Positions 42,838 through 50,969 of a stretch of DNA of 50,969 bases are shown here, in pieces. This stretch comes from Eubacteriales bacterium (GTDB lineage Bacteria > Bacillota > Clostridia > Oscillospirales > CAG-272), in the NCBI GenBank assembly GCA_045536125.1, contig JAZSMX010000045.1, forward strand, positions 1 to 50,969. The letters are read 5' to 3'. A program made the translations under genes and the position numbers. The notes under the pieces are model-generated. The model was not told the DNA's origin. It was given only the letters and a program-made list of their open reading frames with translations, and ran no database searches. The stretch's first letter is position 1, and each line of letters opens with the position of its first letter.

Positions 42838-44040
42838 ATGGAAATCAAAACAGTGACCAAAAGGGCGCATGACGTCGTTGTAGTCGGTGGAGGTATCGGA
42901 GGGGTAAGTGCAGCGGTCGCTGCTGCACGCTTCGGTGCTTCGGTGCTTCTGCTTGAAAAGAGCATCAACCTCGGCGGTCTTGCGACAAGAGGACTGATCA
43001 GCTGGTACGAACCTCTTTGCGACGGGAAAGGACATCAGATGGTCGGAGGAATCGGGGAAGAGTTGATAAAGCTTTCCGTTTCGGTCGGCCTTGACGATCT
43101 TCCCCTGCATTGGGGTGGGGAAGGACTGTGTCATCCCAATGACCGCAATCGCTATGCAACACATTTTTCTCCCACCTTCTTTTCCTTGGCGCTGGACCGC
43201 TGGGTGCTTTCCTCGGGAGTGGAGCTTGTTTTGGATTCCCACGCAACCTATCCTGTCATGGAGGGGCACGTTTGCCGCGGCATTTTGGTTGAGGATGCGG
43301 CGGGGCGTTCCTTCTATCCCGCAAAAATGATTATTGATGCAACGGGAGACGCAACCATTGCGTACCGTGCGGGCATGGAGTGCGTCACGGGTGAAAACTT
43401 CTTGAGCTATTGGGTGCATGACTATACTTATGAAAGTGCAAAGAAATATGCCGAGGACGGTGATATTTCACGCTTCCGTCATTGGAATTGCACGGGATCG
43501 GCGGCAAACGGAACGGGACATCCTGCGGGGATGAGACGGTTTCGCGGTGACAGTGCGGAAGAGGTTACCGAATTTGTTTTGCGCGGAAAGGAAATGATGT
43601 GGAACAAATATGAAGGCAGCAAGCGCTCGGAAAGAGACATCATGACACTTCCCGAAATGCCTCAATTCCGTACCGTGCGTCATATCGTCGGAAAGAGTGT
43701 GTTCCATGGAACCGAGGATGGCGTTACCTGTGCGGATTCGATTGGTGCGCTTGGAGATTTCCGCGTGTCGGGAACGCATTACACGATTCCGTATTCCACG
43801 CTTTACCATCCCGATTTTCCCAATATTCTCACAGCGGGACGGATTATCAGTGCCGAGGGAGAGGGCTGGGAAATTACAAGAGTGATTCCCGGATGTGCGC
43901 TGACCGGAGAGGCGGCTGGCGTTGCGGCGGCAATGGCACTTTCTTACGAAGAAAATGCCGATGCCGTTCCTTACGGGAAGCTGGCTTCCTATCTTAAGTC
44001 GCGCGGTGTTCTGTTTGACGTGAGGGGAGTATCCCGATAA
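42838..44040 (+). CDS. FAD-dependent oxidoreductase (FAD_oxidored-type)
   Basis: VVVGGGIGGVSAAVAAAR is a dinucleotide-binding motif at the N-terminus. The RBS AAAGGA lies upstream. Confidence 0.7.
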   Translation: MEIKTVTKRAHDVVVVGGGIGGVSAAVAAARFGASVLLLEKSINLGGLATRGLISWYEPLCDGKGHQMVGGIGEELIKLSVSVGLDDLPLHWGGEGLCHPNDRNRYATHFSPTFFSLALDRWVLSSGVELVLDSHATYPVMEGHVCRGILVEDAAGRSFYPAKMIIDATGDATIAYRAGMECVTGENFLSYWVHDYTYESAKKYAEDGDISRFRHWNCTGSAANGTGHPAGMRRFRGDSAEEVTEFVLRGKEMMWNKYEGSKRSERDIMTLPEMPQFRTVRHIVGKSVFHGTEDGVTCADSIGALGDFRVSGTHYTIPYSTLYHPDFPNILTAGRIISAEGEGWEITRVIPGCALTGEAAGVAAAMALSYEENADAVPYGKLASYLKSRGVLFDVRGVSR

Positions 44041-44075
44041 GGTATATCGCGTTTAACCCCTTTTTTCGAACGGAT

Positions 44076-44130
44076 AAAAAGCATCGGCGGTGCAACTGCT
44101 TGTTGACAGTTACACCGCCGATGCTTTTTT
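44076..44130. terminator. Strong bidirectional rho-independent terminator between convergent genes
   Basis: AAAAAGCATCGGCGGTG (44076-44092) is perfectly complementary to CACCGCCGATGCTTTTT (44113-44129). An inner AACTG/CAGTT pairing is present, and there are A/T runs on both sides. The 3' arm overlaps the mnmA stop codon. Confidence 0.8.
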
Positions 44131-45193
44131 AATTGATGATTCCTCCACCGATAACTGTATCTCCGTCATAAAGCACAACAGACTGTCCCCGAGTGATTGC
44201 TCGTTGAGGGGTATCAAATCTGAGAGAGAAGGAGTCGGGGGAGGTTTGCTCTACCGTGGCGGGAGCAGGGGTAGCACTGTATCGGATCTTGGCTTCCACC
44301 CGGAGAGGAGAAGCAATGCGGTCGGTGGCAATCAGATTGATGCTGTGTGCCGTCAGAGTGTCACAAAAGAGATCGTTGTTTGTTCCAAGGGTGACCGTAT
44401 TGAGAAGCGTGTTTTTTGAAATGACATAAGCGGGGTGACCGAGAGCGATTCCAAGTCCCTTCCTCTGTCCCACGGTGTAGCGTACAGAGCCTTGATGTGT
44501 TCCGAGCACGTTTCCGTCTCGGTCTATGAATTTTCCATGCGGAAACCCTTGCTTCAGATACCGTTCCAGGAATGCCGCATAGTCTCCGTCGGGAATAAAG
44601 CAGATGTCCTGACTTTCCCCACGGTGTGCGGTCGGAAGAGCCGCTTGTGCGGCAAGCTCGCGCACCTCTGCCTTAGTCAACTCTCCTAAGGGGAGCTTGA
44701 CACGTGCCAGGGTGTCGTTTGAAAGCTGCCAAAGCACGTAGGATTGATCCTTGGAAAGATCCTTGGCGCGCAAAAGGCAAGGGCGACCTGTTCCGTCACG
44801 TTCGATTCTTGCATAGTGTCCCGTTGAAATCGTATCACATCCCATGCTGAACGCTTTTTGCAAAAGAACACCGAATTTTACCGTTTTGTTGCAGATGACG
44901 CATGGATTGGGGGTGCCGCCCTCGACGTATGTTTTGACGAAATAGGAGATCACGTGATTTTTGAATTCCTCGGTGCAATCCAATAGGGAAAAAGGGATGC
45001 CGAGGGCATCGGAAACCTTTTTTGCGGCTTCGATATCTTTTTCGTCAAAGGGAGGGAGAGCGCCCGTTTTGTCGTTTTCCGAAAAAAGCTTCATCATCGC
45101 GCCCACACAATCGTATCCCTCTTGCTTTAAAAGATATGCCGCCACGCTGCTGTCAACACCTCCGCTCATGGCGACTAAGATCTTCGGATTCAT
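44129..45193 (-). CDS. mnmA: tRNA 2-thiouridine(34) synthase
   Basis: ILVAMSGGVDSSVAA forms the PP-loop. The start is set at the ATG at 45193, which has the RBS GGAGG, so it does not overlap the trmL stop. Confidence 0.9.
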   Translation of the reverse strand: MNPKILVAMSGGVDSSVAAYLLKQEGYDCVGAMMKLFSENDKTGALPPFDEKDIEAAKKVSDALGIPFSLLDCTEEFKNHVISYFVKTYVEGGTPNPCVICNKTVKFGVLLQKAFSMGCDTISTGHYARIERDGTGRPCLLRAKDLSKDQSYVLWQLSNDTLARVKLPLGELTKAEVRELAAQAALPTAHRGESQDICFIPDGDYAAFLERYLKQGFPHGKFIDRDGNVLGTHQGSVRYTVGQRKGLGIALGHPAYVISKNTLLNTVTLGTNNDLFCDTLTAHSINLIATDRIASPLRVEAKIRYSATPAPATVEQTSPDSFSLRFDTPQRAITRGQSVVLYDGDTVIGGGIIN

Positions 45194-45207
45194 AACCGCT
45201 CCTTCCT

Positions 45208-45711
45208 TTATTCGCCCCATGAAAACTGCGTCAGCTCTCCCGCAGTTTTCAAATCCTCGAAATTGTTTTGGCGTAAAATTTCATAGACTGCGATGGCGAC
45301 GGAGTTTGAAAGATTGAGTGAGCGGAGACCGTCGCGCATCGGAAGACGTACACATTCCTCGGGATGTGCGTAAAGAAGCGCCTCGGGAAGCCCTTTGGTT
45401 TCCTTTCCGAACATGATATACACGGGAGCGGGATAGTTGACGTCGGTATACAGATGCTGTGCCTTGGTGCTGAAATAGTAAACGCGTGCATCGGGATGCT
45501 TTTCATAGAAATCCTCAAGGTTGTCATAGTAGGTGATATCGAGCTGATTCCAGTAATCAAGGCCTGCTCGCTTCAGCTTTTTATCATCAATGGCAAAACC
45601 CAAGGGACGTATGAGATGAAGTGATGCTCCCGTTGCCGCACAGGTGCGCGCGATATTGCCCGTATTTTGCGGAATTTCGGGCTCGTGAAGGACGATATTG
45701 ATCTTGCTCAT
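45208..45711 (-). CDS. trmL: tRNA (cytidine/uridine(34)-2'-O)-methyltransferase, SpoU/TrmL type
   Basis: MSKINIVLHEPEIPQNTGNIARTCAATGASLHLIRPLGF and the 167-aa length support the call. Confidence 0.85.
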   Translation of the reverse strand: MSKINIVLHEPEIPQNTGNIARTCAATGASLHLIRPLGFAIDDKKLKRAGLDYWNQLDITYYDNLEDFYEKHPDARVYYFSTKAQHLYTDVNYPAPVYIMFGKETKGLPEALLYAHPEECVRLPMRDGLRSLNLSNSVAIAVYEILRQNNFEDLKTAGELTQFSWGE

Positions 45712-45745
45712 GCAAAGAGGTTACCTTTCCGTGGTATTTGAGTAC

Positions 45746-45774
45746 ATGATACCATATTTTTTTGACCGAAACAA
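45746..45774 (-). promoter_or_regulatory. Sigma-A-like promoter candidate for trmL-mnmA
   Basis: On the minus strand: TTGTTT (45774-45769), a 17-nt spacer, then TGgTATCAT as an extended -10 (hexamer 45751-45746). Confidence 0.4.
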
Positions 45775-45803
45775 GTGGATTTTTTCAAAGTTTACAATAT
45801 TAT

Positions 45804-45827
45804 AATATATTTTTGCAAAAATATATT
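45804..45827. repeat. Perfect 24-bp palindrome AATATATTTTTGCAAAAATATATT in the trmL/secA divergent region
   Basis: I checked self-complementarity by hand. With one mismatch it extends to 45801-45830. TATAAT hexamers lie at 45801-45806 and 45829-45834. Confidence 0.9.
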
Positions 45828-45898
45828 GTATAATAACTGTGAATGTTTTAAGCGGTCTCCCCACGGTCTTTTGGGGTGGATGGAAAGGATTTTACGAT

Positions 45899-48667
45899 AT
45901 GTCACTTTTTACGAAAATATTCGGGACGTACAGTCAACGTCAGATCAAGAAGCTGAACGTCATTGCGGATCGTGTGGATGCGTTGGCGGACACCTATCGC
46001 GCAATGAGCAACGCGGAGCTTCAGGCGGTCACGCCGACACTCAAGGCTCGCCTGGAGGCAGGAGAAACGCTGGACGATATTCTTCCCGATGCGTTTGCCG
46101 CGATTCGCGAGGCGGATGACCGAGTGCTTGGAAAGCGCCCCTTCCGCGTTCAGGTGCTGGGCGGAATTGTGCTGCACCAGGGACGTATTGCCGAAATGAA
46201 AACGGGTGAAGGTAAAACGCTGGTGGCGACACTTCCCGCATACCTCAATGCCTTGACGGGGAATGGTGTTCATATTGTTACCGTCAACGATTATCTGGCG
46301 CGCGTGGGCGCTGAGGAAATGGGACGTGTCTACGAATTTATGGGGCTTCGTACGGGACTTGTCGTGCACGGACAGTCTTCGCAGGAAAAGCACGCGGCTT
46401 ACGATGCGGATATTACCTACGGCACGAACAATGAGTTCGGTTTTGATTATCTGCGGGATAACATGGTGGTTTACAAGAAGCAGATGGTGCAAAGGGGGCA
46501 CGTGTTTGCCATCGTGGATGAGGTGGACTCCATTCTTGTGGATGAAGCGCGTACTCCCTTAATCATTTCGGGTGCGGGCGAAACGGCGACCGATCTTTAC
46601 GAGCGTACCGACCGCCTTGTGCGTTCAATGCGCAAGTACGTGATCAAGGAGATGGACTCCAAGGAGGATCAGGATAAGATCGATGCAGACTATATCGTGG
46701 ATGAAAAGGCAAATAATGCGATTCTGACCTCGCAGGGTGCGAAAAAAGCGGAGGCGTTTTTCGGAGTGGAGAACTTCAACGACGCAGAAAACGCAACGCT
46801 CTCCCACCACGTTCAGCAAGCGATTAAAGCACACGGATGCATGCACCGTGACGTGGATTACGTGGTCAATGAAAAGGGCGTGATGATCGTAGATTCTTTC
46901 ACGGGACGTCTGATGCCGGGAAGACGGTATTCCGACGGGCTTCACCAGGCGATTGAAGCCAAGGAGGGCGTAAAGGTTCAAAAGGAAAACAAAACCTTGG
47001 CGACCATTACCTTCCAGAATTATTTCAGAATGTATAAAAAGCTCTCGGGTATGACGGGAACCGCTCTGACCGAGGAGATGGAGTTCCGCGAAATTTATTC
47101 ACTTGACGTTGTGGAGATTCCGACGAACAAGCCCATGATTCGCATTGATCACAATGACTGCGTATACCGTACGATGGAAGGAAAGTATACTGCCATTGTC
47201 AATCAAGTGATTGAGTGCCACAAGAAGGGACAGCCCGTTCTCGTGGGTACGGTTTCCATCGATAAGAGCGAGGAGCTTTCAAGGCGCTTGAAGCGCGCGG
47301 GCATTCCTCATACGGTTCTGAATGCAAAATATCACGAACGTGAGGCGGAGATTGTTGCCCAGGCAGGTAAATTTGGTGCCGTTACCATTTCCACCAACAT
47401 GGCGGGGCGCGGAACTGACATTTTGCTTGGCGGTAATCCCGAATTCATGGCAAAGGCGGATATGCGTGCCATGCAGATCTCTGAGGAAGCAATTGCCGCA
47501 TGTGCGGGCTTTGCGGATACAGAGGAGGAAGAAATCCTTGAAGCGCGTCGTATTTTCCGCGAGCTTGTGGAAAAGTATAAGGCTGAGATCGAGCCTGAGG
47601 CGAAGAAGGTATGCGAGCTTGGAGGTCTCTTTATTCTCGGTACGGAAAGACATGAAAGCCGACGTATTGACAACCAGCTCCGCGGTCGTTCCGGACGTCA
47701 GGGAGATCCCGGTGAATCGAGATTTTTCCTTTCCATGCAAGACGATCTGATGCGCCTTTTCGGTGCGGAGAGATTGCAAGGCATGATCGGTGCATTGAAT
47801 ATGCCCGAGGACATGCCGATCGATGCCAAGATCCTTTCGGGGGCAATCGAAAGTGCTCAGAAGCGGATTGAGGACAACAACTTCCGCCGCCGTAAGTACG
47901 TTCTGGCTTATGACGACGTGATGAATCAGCAGCGCACCATTATCTACGGTCAGAGACAGGACGTTCTCAACGGCGAGGACGTATCCGAGATGATCAAGAA
48001 AATGATCTGCACTTCGATTGAGGGGGTTGTGGAAACCTATCTCCACGGTGACGAGGTCGAGGATTGGGATCTGGACGGATTGCGTGCTCACTATCTCGGG
48101 CTTTTGACTACGGAGGATAATTTCCGTTATGGAACGGGAGAGCTGAAGTTCACAGAACGTGAGGAGATCTGTGAGAGGCTTTGCACGATAGCACTGGAAC
48201 GTTACGCTGAAAAGGAGGAGCTGTTCGGTGAGGAGGTCTTCCGCGAGGTGGAGCGTGCCATTCTGCTCCGTAACGTGGATACCGCATGGATGGAGCACAT
48301 CGATACCATGGATGAGCTCAAGGGAACTGTAGGGCTTCAATCCTACGCGCAAAGAGATCCGATCACGGAATACCGCATTCAGGGTGCGGATTTGTTCGAT
48401 GCTATGGTCGAGGAGATTCGTACGGGGACTGTGCGTGCGATTCTTTCCGTCATGCCGCGTCCTCAGCCGATCGAACGTGTTCAGGTAGCAAACCCCATCA
48501 CGGCAGGCTTGGAAGGGGAGAGGCGTGAAAAGAAAAAAATCGTTGTCAGTCGTTCGGGAAAGACCGTTGTCAAGGATGCCGCCGCCATCGGCAGAAACGA
48601 TCTTTGTCCCTGCGGAAGCGGTAAGAAATATAAAAACTGCTGTCTGAGAACACAGAATCAGGATTGA
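45899..48667 (+). CDS. secA: Preprotein translocase ATPase SecA
   Basis: MKTGEGKTLVATLP (Walker A), DEVDSILVDEARTPLIISG and the C-terminal zinc motif CPCGSGKKYKNCC are present. The start is set at the ATG at 45899, which has the RBS GGAAAGGA. Confidence 0.95.
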   Translation: MSLFTKIFGTYSQRQIKKLNVIADRVDALADTYRAMSNAELQAVTPTLKARLEAGETLDDILPDAFAAIREADDRVLGKRPFRVQVLGGIVLHQGRIAEMKTGEGKTLVATLPAYLNALTGNGVHIVTVNDYLARVGAEEMGRVYEFMGLRTGLVVHGQSSQEKHAAYDADITYGTNNEFGFDYLRDNMVVYKKQMVQRGHVFAIVDEVDSILVDEARTPLIISGAGETATDLYERTDRLVRSMRKYVIKEMDSKEDQDKIDADYIVDEKANNAILTSQGAKKAEAFFGVENFNDAENATLSHHVQQAIKAHGCMHRDVDYVVNEKGVMIVDSFTGRLMPGRRYSDGLHQAIEAKEGVKVQKENKTLATITFQNYFRMYKKLSGMTGTALTEEMEFREIYSLDVVEIPTNKPMIRIDHNDCVYRTMEGKYTAIVNQVIECHKKGQPVLVGTVSIDKSEELSRRLKRAGIPHTVLNAKYHEREAEIVAQAGKFGAVTISTNMAGRGTDILLGGNPEFMAKADMRAMQISEEAIAACAGFADTEEEEILEARRIFRELVEKYKAEIEPEAKKVCELGGLFILGTERHESRRIDNQLRGRSGRQGDPGESRFFLSMQDDLMRLFGAERLQGMIGALNMPEDMPIDAKILSGAIESAQKRIEDNNFRRRKYVLAYDDVMNQQRTIIYGQRQDVLNGEDVSEMIKKMICTSIEGVVETYLHGDEVEDWDLDGLRAHYLGLLTTEDNFRYGTGELKFTEREEICERLCTIALERYAEKEELFGEEVFREVERAILLRNVDTAWMEHIDTMDELKGTVGLQSYAQRDPITEYRIQGADLFDAMVEEIRTGTVRAILSVMPRPQPIERVQVANPITAGLEGERREKKKIVVSRSGKTVVKDAAAIGRNDLCPCGSGKKYKNCCLRTQNQD

Positions 48668-48670
48668 CGG

Positions 48671-49396
48671 GTGCCGAATATGGGATTTGGTTATTTGTTG
48701 ATCGGGTATCTTGTTGCGTTTTTGATTTATCTGACCGTCCAGGCGCTCGGTGTCGGTTCATTGGCACTTCTTCTCGGATATCTTCTCATGCTTTACGGAT
48801 TGATGACGCTTTCAAAATACAACAGCGCCTTCAACGCATCCAAATGGCTTCTTCTTCCGATGCTGCTTGGGGCTCTGTATCTTTTGATTGCCGATATTTC
48901 GACGCTGTTTCTGCTCGATATTCCCATTGTCGGGGGAACGGTCAGGACGGTTGCGGATTGGAGCATTTTCCTTCTTGGAATGGTCTTTCAGTGTGCGCTT
49001 CTGTACGGCATCCGTATGATCAGTGATGAGGTGGGTATCAAAAAGCTTTCCTTTGCCGCGATGCGAAATACCGTTCTGATCGGAATTTATGCGGTTCTCT
49101 ATATTTCTCAAAGTCTTGAAATGTCGGATTCCGTGAAGGCATACGTTGTGCTGTTTACAAATCTTTTCAACCTTGTTTGGATTATTTTCAATCTGATCCT
49201 TCTTCTCGGATGCACAAAAAATATCTGCCGTGCGGGAGATGAGGAGATTGAACCGAAGCGTTCCCGATTTGAGTGGGTGAATCGCGTAGGGGATGCTTAT
49301 GAGCGGACGCATCAGAAGATGAACGAGCAGGCGCGTGCCGACGGTGAGGCATTTATGCGCCGCAGGCAGGAAAAAAAGAAAAAGAAGAAAAAATAA
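48671..49396 (+). CDS. Uncharacterised polytopic membrane protein with Lys-rich cytoplasmic tail (paralogue of the next gene)
   Basis: It has about 6 hydrophobic segments, the motif LGYLLMLYGL and the tail RRRQEKKKKKKK. The start is either the GTG at 48671 or the ATG at 48680. It begins 3 nt after the secA stop. Confidence 0.6.
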   Translation: MPNMGFGYLLIGYLVAFLIYLTVQALGVGSLALLLGYLLMLYGLMTLSKYNSAFNASKWLLLPMLLGALYLLIADISTLFLLDIPIVGGTVRTVADWSIFLLGMVFQCALLYGIRMISDEVGIKKLSFAAMRNTVLIGIYAVLYISQSLEMSDSVKAYVVLFTNLFNLVWIIFNLILLLGCTKNICRAGDEEIEPKRSRFEWVNRVGDAYERTHQKMNEQARADGEAFMRRRQEKKKKKKK

Positions 49397-49427
49397 ACAG
49401 CCAGATTATAAAAGAAAGGAGGAGCGC

Positions 49428-50828
49428 ATGCACTTTAAGGTAAGGCGGAGACTGGGACTTGTTGCCTGTATTCCCGCATTTCTGTTTTTATTCAATCCCG
49501 TTGTCGCGTTTGTTGACGTGCTGCCGGATGCGATCGGTTATGCGCTTCTTCTTTACGGACTTCGGCAGGCTGCCGATTTGAACGGACGAATCGAAGAGAG
49601 CCGTGCCGGCTTTCAAAAAATGCTATACGTTTCCTTGGGCGCGCTTTTGGTAGAGTACTATATTTACGGAATCCTTTCCAAGGGAAGCGGTGATATGAAC
49701 GTGTACGAAACGCCTGTTTGGATTCTCTTGTGTTCCTTTGTCATGCTGGCGTTCCACGTTGTTTTCCTTCTTCCTGCATACCGTGAGCTGTTTTTGGGGC
49801 TCGGCGTGCTTTACGAGGAATGCGGAGATGCTCCCGTGACGGATCGCAGGGGAAGAACGCGCTGTGAACGTATGGCATCCTTGAGCGCCGTGGTTGCGGT
49901 ATTGCTTCCTTTGTTCTCGTGCATTCCCGAGATTTCTGTTTTAGCACCGTTTGAGGTGGAAGCGGAAAAAATGACCTTTAACTGGTTTTTGTTTGTGGGA
50001 CTCTTCCGTGTGATCTTTGCTGCCGCTTCTTTGATCTTAGGCTTTATATGGCTGGTTCGTGTGATTCGGTGTATGGTTTGCCTTTTGCGAAAAAAAGAGA
50101 TCATTCATGCTTTAGAAGAGCGATATACCGTGGAAATGCTTCCGCAGCGCGGTGTTTTAACCCTTCGCCGTGTTGGCATTGCTTTTTGGCTTTTGATGAT
50201 CGGTGCGTTGTTTATCGCAGAGCTTCGGTTTGATTATCTTTCTGTTATCCCGACACCTGTTTGCGCACTCCTTTTTGCACTCGCGCTTCCTTTTTTAGGG
50301 GATTTCTTCCAAAAACGTGCGCTGTTCTTGATTGCCGCTGCTTTGCAAGCTTTATGCGGTACGGTGCAGATCCTTTTTTCCCGCTCTTACATTTCGCGTT
50401 ACGCGACCTATGATTATGCGCTTTACAATCGGAGCGCGTATGTCGACCTGTGCATTCTTCAGACGGTTCAGATTTTGGAGCTGTTGGCAACCTTGTTTCT
50501 TGTGGGAGTTCTTCTGTACGCGCTATTTCGCATGACGCTTTCGGAAACGGCAGAGGTCTATGCAAACGACCGTTCGGGAGCTTCGGGGAAGAGCACGAAA
50601 CGACTTCACAGAAAATTTGCAAGGTGCATTCTGATTTCGGGAGCAAGCTTCTTCCTTTACGCACTGATCAAAGTTTTTGAAATTCTTTTGCTTGCCAAGA
50701 TCCTCTCGATGTGGATTGCTTCGTTTGTGTCGTCGATGTTGGCAATCGGTAGTCTTTTTTACCTATTGTATGCCATCAAGGATCAATTGGAATGGCAGTA
50801 TTCGGTACATAGTTTGAATAAAATATAA
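49428..50828 (+). CDS. Uncharacterised polytopic membrane protein (about 466 aa)
   Basis: The ATG at 49428 has the strong RBS AAAGGAGGAG. The protein has many hydrophobic segments and shares the motif IGYALLLYGL with the upstream protein. Confidence 0.65.
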   Translation: MHFKVRRRLGLVACIPAFLFLFNPVVAFVDVLPDAIGYALLLYGLRQAADLNGRIEESRAGFQKMLYVSLGALLVEYYIYGILSKGSGDMNVYETPVWILLCSFVMLAFHVVFLLPAYRELFLGLGVLYEECGDAPVTDRRGRTRCERMASLSAVVAVLLPLFSCIPEISVLAPFEVEAEKMTFNWFLFVGLFRVIFAAASLILGFIWLVRVIRCMVCLLRKKEIIHALEERYTVEMLPQRGVLTLRRVGIAFWLLMIGALFIAELRFDYLSVIPTPVCALLFALALPFLGDFFQKRALFLIAAALQALCGTVQILFSRSYISRYATYDYALYNRSAYVDLCILQTVQILELLATLFLVGVLLYALFRMTLSETAEVYANDRSGASGKSTKRLHRKFARCILISGASFFLYALIKVFEILLLAKILSMWIASFVSSMLAIGSLFYLLYAIKDQLEWQYSVHSLNKI

Positions 50829-50843
50829 GCAAACGGCACATAC

Positions 50844-50886
50844 TTGAGTTGTCACCTAAATTCAATAAAAAAGGAGTACAACTCAA
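50844..50886 (+). promoter_or_regulatory. Hairpin enclosing the RBS of the Asn/Gln-repeat ORF
   Basis: TTGAGTTGT (50844-50852) pairs with ACAACTCAA (50878-50886). The loop contains AAAAAAGGAG, and the 3' arm ends 1 nt before the ATG. No T-run follows. Confidence 0.3.
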
Positions 50887-50969
50887 ATGCAGAACAACAA
50901 TCAGAATAAGAATCAGAACAATCAGAATCAGAACAATCAGAATCAGAACAACAATCAGAACAACAATCA
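50887..50969 (+). CDS. 5' end of an ORF encoding an Asn/Gln repeat (MQNNNQNKNQNNQNQNNQNQNNNQNNNQ...); it runs off the window
   Basis: The ATG lies 8-10 nt after AAGGAG. The DNA is an imperfect AATCAG/AACAAT repeat. Only 27 codons are visible. Confidence 0.4.
   Translation, partial: MQNNNQNKNQNNQNQNNQNQNNNQNNN

Noticed and set aside
45762-45834. An attempt to call a definite secA promoter.
   Set aside because: Two TATAAT hexamers exist, but neither has an acceptable -35 at 16-18 nt. The TTGACC at 45762 has no -10 partner. I left the promoter uncalled and reported only the palindrome.
1-50969. A search for CRISPR arrays, tRNA/rRNA genes, IS elements/integrases, and defence or toxin-antitoxin modules.
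   Set aside because: I noticed no regularly spaced direct repeats and no cloverleaf-like sequences in intergenic gaps. I found no transposase, recombinase, nuclease, reverse-transcriptase or STAND-ATPase motifs in any ORF translation. This was an eye scan only, so small or degenerate elements could have been missed.

Overview
The window looks like chromosomal DNA from a Firmicutes/Clostridia-type genome, based on whiA, GGAGG-type ribosome-binding sites (RBS) and sigma-A-like promoters. All calls rest on motif recognition by eye in the supplied ORF translations and on hand-checked coordinates. No similarity search, HMM, folding or GC computation was run.

The window has three blocks.

(1) 1-6.6 kb. 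This block holds the 3' part of a GH2 glycosidase, a Na/Pi cotransporter with a PhoU domain, and an SGNH esterase. It also holds a tightly spaced operon of a HAD hydrolase, an MBL-fold hydrolase and an Sfp-type phosphopantetheinyl transferase (PPTase).

(2) 6.8-28.7 kb. This is an all-plus-strand Wzx/Wzy-dependent polysaccharide locus.
- It opens with a near-consensus extended -10 promoter and an unusual fused GlmU-like nucleotidyltransferase / GalK-like GHMP kinase.
- A visibly AT-richer cassette follows: NeuD/PglD-type acetyltransferase, PglC-type initiating transferase, GT4/GT2/GT-B transferases, WbpP-type epimerase and NodB-type deacetylase. It continues with a CapK/PaaK-type adenylating enzyme, Wzy, a pyruvyl transferase plus an FrhB-like Fe-S protein, and Wzx.
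- The locus ends with fnlABC (capEFG-type UDP-L-FucNAc genes) and an NTP_transf_5-like nucleotidyltransferase.

(3) 28.9-51 kb. These are housekeeping genes.
- A minus-strand array runs Gfo/Idh/MocA oxidoreductase, coaE, SLT-domain protein, M18 aminopeptidase, prfA, tsaC/sua5, a ParC/GyrA-like subunit A, and an unlisted 46-aa membrane ORF.
- It is followed by murB-whiA-dnaE, an FAD oxidoreductase, mnmA-trmL and secA.
- After secA come two paralogous uncharacterised polytopic membrane proteins and the start of an Asn/Gln-repeat protein.

I saw no rRNA, tRNA, CRISPR array, transposase/integrase or recognisable defence genes.

The best candidates for something undescribed are:
- the kinase/uridylyltransferase fusion at the head of the glycan locus;
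- the combination of deacetylase, pyruvyl transferase, FrhB-like protein and adenylating enzyme, which suggests a charged or possibly zwitterionic glycan;
- the membrane-protein pair downstream of secA.

All three are hypotheses, not demonstrated systems.
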